Positions 28,201 to 38,059 of a stretch of DNA of 64,000 nt are shown here, piece by piece. The stretch is from a virus. The position numbers were made by a program, and so were the translations under genes. A model generated the notes under the pieces. It saw only the letters and a program-made list of their open reading frames with translations, was not told the origin of the DNA and searched no databases. Position 1 is the stretch's first letter, and the number at the start of each line of letters is the position of its first letter. Location of the stretch: the IMG/VR virus record IMGVR_UViG_3300040811_000687; one strand, 5' to 3'.

Positions 28201-31200
28201 AGGTGAAGTTTATGAATTAAGAGATTGTTTAGATTTTAGACCTAGAGTTGATGATAACTCTACAATCAATAAAGGAGAAGTTGACAGATATTATAACGGT
28301 GCTGGTGCTTCAACAGTTGATGTTGTTAAATTTGGTACTGATATAACTTCAGATTTAGAATACTATTTGCCAAGAATAGACAAGGTGTTTGTAGATAAAG
28401 ATGGTAAATTTAAAATATCTGAAGGATCAAGTGCATTAGTACCTCAATCTCCAAAAAATTTAGATGGTGCAATGCATTTATACACATTAGATATACCAGC
28501 ATACACACTTGACACAGCAGATATTACAATTACAAAAGTTGATAACAAACGTTACACTATGAGAGATATTGGTAGATTAGAAAATAGAATTGAAAACATT
28601 GAATACTATACTCAACTTTCTTTATTGGAAATGCAAGCTCAAAACTTGCAAACACAAGACGCTCAAGGATTTGACAGATTTAAAAATGGCTTTATAGTAG
28701 ACAATTTTACAGGACATAGTATAGGTGATGTAAGAAATTTAGACTACAAAGTATCAATGGATATGGCAAGAGGTGAAGTTAGACCTATGTTTAATGAGGA
28801 TGCCGTACAATTGATTGAAAGTGATAATGACGGAACTACGATTACTTCGGCTGATAGAACGGATGCCAAGTATGCAAAAACAGGAGATTTAATTACATTA
28901 CCTTATAGTGAGGCAACTTTAATTGATCAACCATTTGCTAGTAAATTTGTTAACGTAAACCCATTTGATATTTTTAGTTGGACTGGTTCTATTGCGTTAA
29001 CACCTCCGTCAGACGAATGGAAAGAAACAGAAAGAGCACCTGAATTAGTTGTTAATAGAACAGGTGGCTTTGACACGTTAGTACAAAATTTAGGAAATCC
29101 TAATCTTTCAAGTGTAGAGATAGGTACTATATGGAATGAATGGCAAGAACATTGGTCAGGAACACCAACAGTAACAAGTTCAAGAGTTTTAGGACAACAT
29201 AGAGTGGGTAGAAGAATTGTACAAAGAACACAAGAAACTTTATCTGGTCAAATGTCTAACACTAGAACAGGTATTAGAACAAGAATAGTACCACAAGTAA
29301 TAAGAAATTCAATAGGCGACAGAGTTGTTAGTGTTGGTATTGTTCCTTTTTTAAGAAGTAGAACATTAACATTTAGTGCTACAAGAATGAAACCTGAAAC
29401 AAGAGTTTATCCTTTCTTTGATAATATTGATATATCAAGCTATATTACACCAACAGGTGGTTCATTAGGTGGAAATTTAGTTACAGATATTAACGGTGCT
29501 GTATCAGGTACTTTTGCAATTCCTGACTCAAAAAATAATTCTAATCCTAGATGGAGAACAGGTACAAGAGTATTCAGATTAACTTCTTCATCAACAAATG
29601 TATTAAGTACAGCAGTTGAAACTTCAGGAGAAGCAGACTACTTAGCCAAAGGTGCTTTAGAAACAATACAAGAAACAATTATTTCTACAAGAGAGCCTTT
29701 GACATTAAGAGAAAGTACAGTTGAATCAGTTAGTTTAGGAAATAGAACAAGTACAAGAAATGTAGATACTACAATAGGTTGGACAGATCCATTAGCACAA
29801 ACATTTATGATAGATGATATTGGTGGTGTATTCTTAACTTCAATGGACTTATTCTTTAGTTCAAAAGATGACAATATTCCAGTAACAATACAAATTAGAG
29901 AAGTAGTAAATGGTTATCCAGGAAAAAGAATAGTTCCTTTTTCTGAAAAAACTTTAAATCCAAGTGCAGTGTCAACAAGTACAGACGCAACAACGGCTAC
30001 TACATTTACTTTTGATTCACCAATTTACTTACAAGAAAAAACAGAATATTGTTTTGTTGTGTTGTCTAACTGTAATGCTTACAACTGTTATGTTGGAAGA
30101 TTGGGTGAAAAGGTAATAGGATCAGATAGAACAATTTCTCAACAACCATATGCTGGTGTTATGTTTAAATCACAAAACGGTTCTACATGGACAGCTGAAC
30201 AAAACGAAGATATTAAATTTAAAATTAAAAGAGCAGAATTTGAAAATGTTACAGGTACAGTTACTTTATGTAATGATGATTTACCTGTTAGAACATTAAA
30301 AAATAATGCATTAAGAACAACAAACAGTTCAGGTGTAATTAGAGTTTCGCATCCCAACCACGGTATGCATGGTACATCAAACAATGTCACAATTGCTGGA
30401 GTTCCATCAGGTACCTACAATGGTATTGCTCATAATCTTATTAATGGAACATATACAAGTATTTCTAACGTAACTTTAGATAGTTATGATATAACTACTA
30501 CAGGAACGGCAAATGCTACTGGAGATATAGGTGGTGACGTTATAACAGCAACCCAGAATAGATTGTATGATGTACTAAACTTAAATCTACAAACAGTAAA
30601 TGTTCCAGGTACAAATATCTCTTATGATATGAGACCTACTACAGGTAGATCAATACATGGCACAGAAACAGAATTTAGTTTAACGTCAGCTGATAGTCCA
30701 GTTGCTACAATTTCAAATGACAATATTTACTTTACAGCTCCTCAAATGGTCGCTAGTACAATCAATGAAACAAATAAGATGGCAGGTAGTAAATCTTTAT
30801 TTGTTAACTTAACATTTACAACTACAAATACTAAACTTTCTCCTGTATTAGATATGCAAAGAGTTAGTGCATATGTAGTTCAAAACAGAATTAATAAAGC
30901 AACTACAAGTAATACACCTAATTATATTTCAGATATAGAAAGTTCAGGAACATCATCAGCGGCTGCTTATATAACTAAACCGGTTGTACTAGAAAACTTA
31001 TCAACTGCTTTAGATGTTAGATTAACACAAAATGTAAGATCAACTTCAAATGTTAAATTATATTTCAGATTATCATCTTCGGAAGAATCTAGAAATATTT
31101 CAGACATAGGCTGGACACCGTTCAACACAGCTGGAGAAGAAGACATAACTGTCACACCAGCAGAAAATGATGAAACGTATAACGAATACAAATATAGTGC

Positions 31201-31312
31201 AAGTGGCTTAACAGAATTTAATACTTTTCAAATTAAAATAGTTATGGAAGGAACAAACTCTGCTTATCCACCTATAATAAGAGATTTAAGAGGTATTGCA
31301 TTGGCAGTATAA
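25238..31312 (+). CDS. Large virion structural protein (VrlC/DUF4815-like)
   Basis: NLSPYYDDF, VLFRPAFAVQGRELTQ, APGAHR, LARRTFDESGDY, KRYTMRDIG, DRFKNGFIVDNF, DPLAQTF. Confidence 0.88.
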   Translation: MPSPTDFNLSPYYDDFNETKKFHRVLFRPAFAVQGRELTQSQSILQNQIERLSDHVFEQGAMVIPGDISYDLNYYAVKLTSFTDSAGVGVTLNDFIGLTLTGASSGVKARVVNVVATDGTDPNTLFVKYLNSGTNNTSTAFSAETISVNTTLQSTSTTVSAVVSSTATGSAASVKEGVYYINGYHVKVSDQNLILDKYTNTPSYRVGLTVTESFVTQNDDVTLNDNAQGVSNTNAPGAHRFKIDLTLTKKSLAATDDANFVELLRLKNGIIQNQVRTTEYAVLEDTLARRTFDESGDYVVKDFDIDLREHLISGTNRGIYTSSDGGSESKIAAGMESGKAYVKGYEIETLGTTFVDVNKARSFDTQNNSTTRFDVGNFVNVNNVYGSPDIGFVSSGPVAAFKEVNLYKEKTAVRGTENAGSGSNIKSVGHAKSKGFQYVSGNAVSGAYSSSSATENVFRHYLFDVVMFTHINVAKNQAFTNGEEITGGTSGAKGTVDQLSTSNQYSITGATAANPVVITATNTLQDGQQVTINSVGGMTELNGNTYTVKNPTSSNFELDVDGSSFTTYTSGGTADQSVVVLYNVSGTFVPGETITGGISSNTATIQADARGFKGVTSYDFSSTKQIGMPGTPTYTADTILDSTNGESLQITGTLSIANSSTTVTGFGTKFNTELRLGDSITFTTDAGSSITKIIEAIVSDTSLELSSAVGGSDVSTKSNATRNRSTLKDTNKNISIFKLPYETVKTLKTASNSGASDTSFKVRRQFVKTLTGNGDETISAGTDETFASLLDSDFSVSIMSTGSGGSGAVGDFLSLQGNNHEGNPIFTLSGSPTGKSLVLDFGANYAGHKIKILATVNRAVVEEKSKVLVQNATRAHTSLADIKKQGGMRLGKSDIYKLNSVKMATSFGTYSSSGEIDITDRFTLDNGQRDNFYDIGRITLNKGAVDPTGSIQIDFDYFSHGSGDVFTVDSYSGVVDYADIPSHTSDTTGEVYELRDCLDFRPRVDDNSTINKGEVDRYYNGAGASTVDVVKFGTDITSDLEYYLPRIDKVFVDKDGKFKISEGSSALVPQSPKNLDGAMHLYTLDIPAYTLDTADITITKVDNKRYTMRDIGRLENRIENIEYYTQLSLLEMQAQNLQTQDAQGFDRFKNGFIVDNFTGHSIGDVRNLDYKVSMDMARGEVRPMFNEDAVQLIESDNDGTTITSADRTDAKYAKTGDLITLPYSEATLIDQPFASKFVNVNPFDIFSWTGSIALTPPSDEWKETERAPELVVNRTGGFDTLVQNLGNPNLSSVEIGTIWNEWQEHWSGTPTVTSSRVLGQHRVGRRIVQRTQETLSGQMSNTRTGIRTRIVPQVIRNSIGDRVVSVGIVPFLRSRTLTFSATRMKPETRVYPFFDNIDISSYITPTGGSLGGNLVTDINGAVSGTFAIPDSKNNSNPRWRTGTRVFRLTSSSTNVLSTAVETSGEADYLAKGALETIQETIISTREPLTLRESTVESVSLGNRTSTRNVDTTIGWTDPLAQTFMIDDIGGVFLTSMDLFFSSKDDNIPVTIQIREVVNGYPGKRIVPFSEKTLNPSAVSTSTDATTATTFTFDSPIYLQEKTEYCFVVLSNCNAYNCYVGRLGEKVIGSDRTISQQPYAGVMFKSQNGSTWTAEQNEDIKFKIKRAEFENVTGTVTLCNDDLPVRTLKNNALRTTNSSGVIRVSHPNHGMHGTSNNVTIAGVPSGTYNGIAHNLINGTYTSISNVTLDSYDITTTGTANATGDIGGDVITATQNRLYDVLNLNLQTVNVPGTNISYDMRPTTGRSIHGTETEFSLTSADSPVATISNDNIYFTAPQMVASTINETNKMAGSKSLFVNLTFTTTNTKLSPVLDMQRVSAYVVQNRINKATTSNTPNYISDIESSGTSSAAAYITKPVVLENLSTALDVRLTQNVRSTSNVKLYFRLSSSEESRNISDIGWTPFNTAGEEDITVTPAENDETYNEYKYSASGLTEFNTFQIKIVMEGTNSAYPPIIRDLRGIALAV

Positions 31313-31316
31313 AAAT

Positions 31317-31538
31317 ATGGCAGTTAAAACATTAAAAGTTGAAGGATTTGAAAGTTTAGTAAGAGACGTAAACACTAGTGCTATAATTAATACTAACAGA
31401 GCAGACTATAACAACTATATGAAAAGAGTTAAGACTAGAGAAAATAATAGTGATATGGTAAGAGGTCTTTGTAAAGAGATAAATACTTTAAAGAAAGAAT
31501 TATTTGAAATAAAAAAATTGATAAAGGATAAAAAATAA
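31317..31538 (+). CDS. Small coiled-coil protein, conserved after VrlC-like genes
   Basis: KVEGFESLVRDVNTSAIIN; C-terminal coiled coil. Confidence 0.7.
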   Translation: MAVKTLKVEGFESLVRDVNTSAIINTNRADYNNYMKRVKTRENNSDMVRGLCKEINTLKKELFEIKKLIKDKK

Positions 31539-32074
31539 TGGCTGTAAAAAATATATCAACTACTGATACACTAGAAACATTTAGAACGACATTTAACGAT
31601 TTAGCGGCTAATGATTTTGGTGACGCAGCTTTATTAGCACCCGCTGGTATTTCAGCAACCTCTGTTGTTGGTGCAGTAGTTGAGTTATCTTCTCAAATAG
31701 GTTCTGGAGAAGGACACTACATAAGAGACGCAAGTTCAACAGTTCAGTTGATTGCTCCAGGTAATACTATATCTTTTTTAGGTACAAGTAATCAAATAAC
31801 TGCTACAGTTTCAAGTCCAGATACAGTGACGTTAGCTTTTCCAACTAACGTGACGGTTACTAACTTAACAGTTAGTGGTACATTGAACGGACAATCAATT
31901 ACTTTTCCAAGTGCAACAGGAGAAATTATAACAACTGGATCAACTGATTTAGTTAGTGAAAGTATGATGGCTAATGACGCAATTAGTTCAACTGAATTGA
32001 AATCATTATCTACACTATTAATTAAAGATAGTTCAGGTACTACATTAAAAACTATACACGCTGCTGGCGTGTAA
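31538..32074 (+). CDS. Virion structural/fibre protein
   Basis: N-terminal TDTLETFRTTFN motif; Thr/Ser-rich; shared C-terminal LLIKDSSGTTLKTI. Confidence 0.7.
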   Translation: MAVKNISTTDTLETFRTTFNDLAANDFGDAALLAPAGISATSVVGAVVELSSQIGSGEGHYIRDASSTVQLIAPGNTISFLGTSNQITATVSSPDTVTLAFPTNVTVTNLTVSGTLNGQSITFPSATGEIITTGSTDLVSESMMANDAISSTELKSLSTLLIKDSSGTTLKTIHAAGV

Positions 32075-32108
32075 AAACTAGTCACTTAACGGTGACATAA
32101 ATAACATT

Positions 32109-32840
32109 ATGAATATATTATTAACAGGCAGTGAAGGATTTATAGGTAAACACCTTCATAAATTTTTAGAACAAAACAATCACAAAGTAATACCAATAGA
32201 TAAATTATCAGGTAACGATTTAATAAATTGTGACCTTAAATACGATGTAGATTTAGTCATACACTTGGCTGGTCTATCAGGAGTCAGAGATAGTTTAGAT
32301 AGACCCACAGAATACTGGAAAGAAAATGTAATTGCAGGCCAAAGACTATTTGATTATTTTCCAAACACAAGAATACTATATGCTAGTTCATCAACGGCTG
32401 TAGATCCTTGGAGAAATCCATATGCAATGAGTAAGAAGTCTTTAGAGAGTATAGCACCAAAGAATAGTGTAGGTATGAGATTTACAACTGTATACGGACC
32501 TGGTGCAAGAGAGCATATGTTAATACCAAGAATATTAAGAGACGATGTTCCTTTTATACATACAAATCATACAAGAGACTTTATTCATATAAATGATTTA
32601 ATCATGGCCATTGATACATTAATGAAATCAGATTTTAAAGGAATATGTGATGTTGGTAGAGGAGAATCTTATAACTTAATAGAGTTATTAACTTACTTCG
32701 GAATTGACGCTGAAAAAAGAATTGGGAACGAGTTTGAGAGAGAAGATAATAAAGCAGACAACAAAGTATTAAACAAATTAAACTGGTCAACTACAATTGA
32801 CCTTTACGATTATATAAAGGAGTATAAAAATGTCAACTGA
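32109..32840 (+). CDS. NAD-dependent epimerase/dehydratase
   Basis: LLTGSEGFIG, VIHLAG, YASSS, YAMSK (YxxxK), RFTTVYGP, RDFIH. Confidence 0.93.
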   Translation: MNILLTGSEGFIGKHLHKFLEQNNHKVIPIDKLSGNDLINCDLKYDVDLVIHLAGLSGVRDSLDRPTEYWKENVIAGQRLFDYFPNTRILYASSSTAVDPWRNPYAMSKKSLESIAPKNSVGMRFTTVYGPGAREHMLIPRILRDDVPFIHTNHTRDFIHINDLIMAIDTLMKSDFKGICDVGRGESYNLIELLTYFGIDAEKRIGNEFEREDNKADNKVLNKLNWSTTIDLYDYIKEYKNVN

Positions 32841-33366
32841 TATGAAAATAAATGTAGCTAGTGTAGAACATAAAGAAATAGGATTTGGTGAAGAATTACT
32901 AAAAAATCATTTTGCAGGAGCTCACTTTACAAACAACGAAAGAACATGGATAGAAGTTTTAACTAATGAAAATGGAGATAGTCTTTCTTCACATCACATT
33001 GAATACGATTTAGATCATCCTAATTGTCAAGCATTAATGAAATTTACTACGTTAGATGATATACATGAAGCTACGTATATTAAAGTGAATAAGGAAAGAA
33101 AAGAATTTGAAGAATTTGCAATTCAAATTGCTAAAAGAGACGGTCTTGTACAAACAGACGATACTTCTCCAAGTAGAATACTTGATTATATTTTTAGTGA
33201 TAAAGAAGCAGATGAAGATGAAATGTTTGCTTTAAAAATTGCTTTATTTGAAGTAGACAAGATAAAAGATTCTAAAAATCTTGACGGTAAAAAAGCATTA
33301 AGAAAAAGTAAGACTAGAATAGAATTACTTAAAGGTGCTATTGATCTTTATAGTGAGGCAGAATAA
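32830..33366 (+). CDS. Hypothetical protein
   Basis: AAGGAG RBS; helical C-terminus (FALKIALFE). Confidence 0.65.
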   Translation: MSTDMKINVASVEHKEIGFGEELLKNHFAGAHFTNNERTWIEVLTNENGDSLSSHHIEYDLDHPNCQALMKFTTLDDIHEATYIKVNKERKEFEEFAIQIAKRDGLVQTDDTSPSRILDYIFSDKEADEDEMFALKIALFEVDKIKDSKNLDGKKALRKSKTRIELLKGAIDLYSEAE

Positions 33367-33925
33367 AATCTGACCACCAACCTTGCCAACCTGGTTCTAA
33401 TAGGTGGTTCATTTGACCTAGAGTGCAAATACTAAATTCTTTTGGTGGTATTTCATATATATGGTTTTTAATAGAAGGACAAACTTTATCATAGTTTTTA
33501 TAATCTATTTCTCTATAGTAAAATTCATCACTACCTCTATCATATTTTTCTAGGTAAACATCTTCGTCTTCTTTAAATTTATCCCATATATGAGATACAT
33601 CGCCTGTCCAAGAAACGATAGTTGAGTTAAGTGGTGTATGAGCTTCTTCTCTCCACCACAAATCATTCAATAAAGTAAAGTCTTTACGAAATAAATCTGG
33701 TAATTCTTTCCATATAATAACATCTAAATCAAAGTATAGATTTTCTCCGTCTCTAAATTTATCATACATTTGAAACTTGTTATACCAATTACCATAAATG
33801 TCATTTTCAATAACTTCAAAACTATCATAAGATATTCCAGAATGGAAATCTATCATATACTTTAAATTATCAACATGCCATTGAGTAAATTTGTTACCAA
33901 ACCTACAAACTATTATTCTTCTCAT
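33338..33925 (-). CDS. GT-A glycosyltransferase-like protein
   Basis: VCRFGNKF...WYNKFQM...LYFDLDVII (DxD)...NSTIVSW. Confidence 0.75.
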   Translation of the reverse strand: MRRIIVCRFGNKFTQWHVDNLKYMIDFHSGISYDSFEVIENDIYGNWYNKFQMYDKFRDGENLYFDLDVIIWKELPDLFRKDFTLLNDLWWREEAHTPLNSTIVSWTGDVSHIWDKFKEDEDVYLEKYDRGSDEFYYREIDYKNYDKVCPSIKNHIYEIPPKEFSICTLGQMNHLLEPGWQGWWSDFILPHYKDQ

Positions 33926-34848
33926 ATTACAACTTTATTTTCTTCAGGATTACTATTTGCTGGACCAGTACACATAGTTAAACATCTTTTAGGTTTATCT
34001 TTTGTTGGTCTTTTAATTATATTAAAAAATTTAATCCATTCTTTACTATTAATTATATCTTCAACTGTATCATTATTATCCATATGAAGACTATCATTAA
34101 ATAAATCTTTTATTATTGGTTCGTTGTATCTGGTATTTAACCAACAACAAGGAAGTATTTTTCCTTTATTATTCCATGCCAAATCTCTTTTTGTTTTTAA
34201 ACATTTAGGTTCAAAAACTTTTTTTTCTTCAGGTTTAGTTATTTTATATACTATTTTACCTAACTTTTCTTCTTTCACTTCTTTTATGCCGTTATCTGTT
34301 CTAGATGAATAAATTAATAAAAGAGGTATATTATGCAATTTTGCCAATTGTTCAACTTCTTTTATATCATTTTTATTATAATCAAATACAATACATTGCC
34401 ATTGTACTTTAAGTCCTTGCTTAACTGCTTTTAACATAATATTAAAAAGATATTCTCCTTTTTGATGTATTCTATACTTATGGCTATCTTTTGGAAGTCC
34501 ATCAATACCAAAAACCCAGGTTGTTTTTTCTGAAGAAGCTTTAAATGCTTCATCATACCATTTTTCAGGTCTTTGTGAAGCTGCTGTAGAAATTTCTGTT
34601 TTAATATCTTTCTTCTTACACAACTTTAACATTTCTATAAAGTTTGGATTAAAGATAGGGTCTGAAAATGTTCCACAAAAACTAATTTTTTTGAAATAAT
34701 CAGTTAATTTGTCAAGTTGTTCTAATGTTAAATCTTTTCCTGGAATACTTTGGCCTTCTTGTTTATATTGTTGTCTAGCACAAGCAGCACATTCTAATGT
34801 ACACTTATTTCCAGAGTCAATATTAATAGCTCTATCTCTAAAATTCAT
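33922..34848 (-). CDS. Radical SAM enzyme with fused twitch/SPASM-like domain
   Basis: CTLECAAC, FCGTFSDP, FGIDGL; C-terminal PKC...GKILPCCW...RCLTMC. Confidence 0.9.
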   Translation of the reverse strand: MNFRDRAINIDSGNKCTLECAACARQQYKQEGQSIPGKDLTLEQLDKLTDYFKKISFCGTFSDPIFNPNFIEMLKLCKKKDIKTEISTAASQRPEKWYDEAFKASSEKTTWVFGIDGLPKDSHKYRIHQKGEYLFNIMLKAVKQGLKVQWQCIVFDYNKNDIKEVEQLAKLHNIPLLLIYSSRTDNGIKEVKEEKLGKIVYKITKPEEKKVFEPKCLKTKRDLAWNNKGKILPCCWLNTRYNEPIIKDLFNDSLHMDNNDTVEDIINSKEWIKFFNIIKRPTKDKPKRCLTMCTGPANSNPEENKVVI

Positions 34849-34862
34849 AACATAATTTAAAC

Positions 34863-35756
34863 TTATTTAATTTCTGTAACTTTTATATTTCTTTTATATG
34901 CTGAAGAATTTATTTTTGTATCAGCAGTTTCGGGAATAATATGTTCAACACCATATGGATCAATCATTGTTTTATTTTCATTACCTTTTATATTAACTAG
35001 TTTTGCCTTTCTCATTTTCATTCCTGTACGAGGATGAACTTCTTGACCGGTTAAAGTAATTCTACTTCCATTACCTGCACCTATTAAAAGTTCAGTATCA
35101 TCTTGTTCCCAACGTGGTCGGTTTTCATTTGGATAACCTACACCTAAACCATAGGCTACTTTCTTAATACCTTTATCTATATCATCTAAAATTCCTAATT
35201 TTTTTCCCCAAAAATCATTTCCGTTTACATCATTATGACTTTTATTTGGTCCAGTAACATATCCCATTTTAGCTGCAGCTCTCATAGTCAACCCTAAAGA
35301 TATGCCAATACTACAATAAGAATTTATCCATCTTTCATGGTGTGAATTTGGTTTTAAAGAACCATCAGCGTTACAGTTTAATTGTGTGTCAGGTTCTTTA
35401 GCTACCCATATAATGTAAATACTAGCATTTGCTTGTGTGTTTCTCCATGTTGATGGTGGATTTCTTCTATGAGTATTACCCCAAGTATATCTAGATATTT
35501 CTTGAATTACTTTTCTATCCCATGTATAATATAAATCAAAATGTGATTCATATTGTTTGCTAGGGGTATTTTGAGCAATATACAATAATTCTGCTACATG
35601 TCTTTCTTTATTTTCAATTTTATCATCTTCAAATTTTTTATAATCCCAGTTTCTTTGACATTTAGTAATTTGTTCTAATATTTTATGTTCTTCATCCCAA
35701 TCATAAGTCTCATTCATGTATTTTCTCATACCTTTTTCGTATCTGTTTATTGCCAT
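34863..35756 (-). CDS. Nitroreductase-family protein (divergent)
   Basis: CQRNWD, AQNTPSKQ, SIGISLG...AAAKMGYVTG, GLGVGYP. Confidence 0.7.
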   Translation of the reverse strand: MAINRYEKGMRKYMNETYDWDEEHKILEQITKCQRNWDYKKFEDDKIENKERHVAELLYIAQNTPSKQYESHFDLYYTWDRKVIQEISRYTWGNTHRRNPPSTWRNTQANASIYIIWVAKEPDTQLNCNADGSLKPNSHHERWINSYCSIGISLGLTMRAAAKMGYVTGPNKSHNDVNGNDFWGKKLGILDDIDKGIKKVAYGLGVGYPNENRPRWEQDDTELLIGAGNGSRITLTGQEVHPRTGMKMRKAKLVNIKGNENKTMIDPYGVEHIIPETADTKINSSAYKRNIKVTEIK

Positions 35757-35781
35757 TTCTAATATTCCTTTCTAAATTTTT

Positions 35782-36390
35782 TTATATCTTACCCACTAAT
35801 AAAAATCTTGTTCCTCTTTCGTCTGTGACTTCATCTTCAGCTAAGACTTTTGATGTAACTGGTAATTGTTTTTTAAATTGTTCTATATCATCAACACAAT
35901 TATTATGTCCTTCTATATCCCACATATTATTTGAAGTAAAGGCAAAATGAGCTTTAGTATCTATTTTTAATTCGTTCATAGATGGCATATGCTCACAAGA
36001 AGTATTGATAATTAAATCAGTTTTTTTAATTCTACTTGAATCGGGTGCCCAATCAAAAACATCTGCTATTATGAAATCTACATTTTTATAATGTGAAAAC
36101 AATCTATTTTTAGCTATACTTACAACTTCATTATCCAAATCTATTAATGTAATTCTTTTTACTTTTTTAAACGCTGGTATTAATATGCTACCATACCAAC
36201 CACCAAAAATAACTATTTCACTATTAGAATTTATATCAATATTGTTGTATATCATATTTACTAATTTTTCTTTAGTTCTAAATTGATTAGGACTATATGA
36301 ATCTAAAAGATCATCATTGTGTCTGGCCTCTGCCATTATATTTTTAAATAATTGTAAATCTATATCCATTTTATTGATTATTGTTTCCAA
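35782..36390 (-). CDS. Class I SAM-dependent methyltransferase
   Basis: IVIFGGWYG, LIDLD, ADVF, DLIINTSCEHM. Confidence 0.8.
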   Translation of the reverse strand: METIINKMDIDLQLFKNIMAEARHNDDLLDSYSPNQFRTKEKLVNMIYNNIDINSNSEIVIFGGWYGSILIPAFKKVKRITLIDLDNEVVSIAKNRLFSHYKNVDFIIADVFDWAPDSSRIKKTDLIINTSCEHMPSMNELKIDTKAHFAFTSNNMWDIEGHNNCVDDIEQFKKQLPVTSKVLAEDEVTDERGTRFLLVGKI

Positions 36391-37166
36391 TATTTATACA
36401 AAGTGTTAGTGTTATTTTCATGTACAGTTCTACCTACACCTGTATAATGGAAAATTTTTAATTTTTCATCTGGTTCGTCTAGTAACATATAATCAGTATC
36501 AAATGTTTTTGAATATAACATGTTTAACTGTATCATATCTTCTTTATTTTCGGTGTATTTACCTAACCATTCTGGTGGTGTTAAAGTTAACTTACTTTCT
36601 TTTTCAAATATTTTCCAATCAACATAATTCTGTTCTCCATAATACTTAAAATGTACCTTACCTATATTATAATAGTGTAATTGCCAATAAGACGGGTTGA
36701 GTGCAAAATCGTCCCATACATGCTTTAATTGTCCTGATTTAAACTTGTAAAAGCCTCCGTTTAACGGTAGAATATTATGATCACGTAACTTTTCAGGATC
36801 TTTAATTTTTTTAGTATCATTATTCCACCAAACACCATAAGATACTAACTCATTATCTCCAACAGGAAAACCTATAAGATCGTCTACGTTACCTACAATA
36901 ACTTGATCTATATCCATTATTATTATATCATCACCTGGTTGTTGGCCACCAAATAAAGGACTAAAGAATTTTAATTTATGCCAGTGTTTTTTAATATCAC
37001 TATGATGATTATATGGTAGTACAATGTCAGCTTCAACATTAGGATCATCACTTATACATACTGATATAAAAGGTATGGTACTATTCTTTCTTAAAGCTTT
37101 ATAAAAGTTACCAACATAATCTGGTGTATAACTACCTTTATAATATACAGTACATATTCTAAGCAT
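36378..37166 (-). CDS. GT-A glycosyltransferase-like protein
   Basis: WHKLKFF, IMDIDQVI (DxD), NGGFY, GEQNYV, IFHYTG. Confidence 0.78.
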   Translation of the reverse strand: MLRICTVYYKGSYTPDYVGNFYKALRKNSTIPFISVCISDDPNVEADIVLPYNHHSDIKKHWHKLKFFSPLFGGQQPGDDIIIMDIDQVIVGNVDDLIGFPVGDNELVSYGVWWNNDTKKIKDPEKLRDHNILPLNGGFYKFKSGQLKHVWDDFALNPSYWQLHYYNIGKVHFKYYGEQNYVDWKIFEKESKLTLTPPEWLGKYTENKEDMIQLNMLYSKTFDTDYMLLDEPDEKLKIFHYTGVGRTVHENNTNTLYKYWKQ

Positions 37167-38043
37167 TAATGTTTCTCCAAACTATATCAAACCTTTTGTT
37201 AATGGCATGTATGAAGTTTGCAGTTGAAGGTATAAACATTTGTGTATCAAAGAAATAATGCCATTTTTGATCTAACCATTGTACCGGTACTTTATGTTCT
37301 TTTAATTTAACAGCAAATATTGTTTCATTATCATAACCAAAAAAATCAGCAATCTTTTTAGGAAATATATCTGTTTCTCCTATAAGACTTTTCATTAATT
37401 GTATTGTTTCTTTAAAATCTTTAAAATATTCTAATTGATCTAAATGTTTTTTACTAATGCCTACTATACCTGTATTGATAACATCATTTTCAGGACTTAA
37501 TCCTTTTTCTATTAACATAGCCTGAGCATTATAGAATTTTGCATTAGGACTTCTTATAGTTTGTGTTTTATCAGTTATCTTTTGAATAGGAGATACTCTC
37601 TCGTTATTATTTAAAACGCATACACCTTTTGATAAGTCCCACACTTCAAAAAAGTTTTCAGTAGTATTGGTAACTACATCAAAGTCTAGATATAAAACTT
37701 CATCATACTCTTTACTAAATTCATATAATAAATGTATTTTGAAAAAATTAACTATGTTATAACTTGTGATTTCTGGATAAAATTCTCTCATCCACTTATA
37801 ATAATCAATATAACTAGTATCTAAAGAACCAAATTTTGTATCGTTTTCTACCATTACAAAATCTATACCTATTGATTTAGCATAGTTGACTTTATTTTCT
37901 ACTAACTGTTTATAGTTTTTTTGAAACTCATTTTTAGTATTGTAGTTTGTAGGTATGGCTCCTTCTTTTTTTATATGTTTATCAAATATATCTAATTCTT
38001 CTTTAGGTATATCTATGAATAAACTGAATATTACTCTTTTCAT
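37159..38043 (-). CDS. GT-A glycosyltransferase-like protein (GT8-like)
   Basis: YDEVLYLDFDVV, INTGIV, DNET, WHYF, FIHAINK. Confidence 0.78.
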   Translation of the reverse strand: MKRVIFSLFIDIPKEELDIFDKHIKKEGAIPTNYNTKNEFQKNYKQLVENKVNYAKSIGIDFVMVENDTKFGSLDTSYIDYYKWMREFYPEITSYNIVNFFKIHLLYEFSKEYDEVLYLDFDVVTNTTENFFEVWDLSKGVCVLNNNERVSPIQKITDKTQTIRSPNAKFYNAQAMLIEKGLSPENDVINTGIVGISKKHLDQLEYFKDFKETIQLMKSLIGETDIFPKKIADFFGYDNETIFAVKLKEHKVPVQWLDQKWHYFFDTQMFIPSTANFIHAINKRFDIVWRNINA

Positions 38044-38059
38044 TTCACTCCTTTTCTTA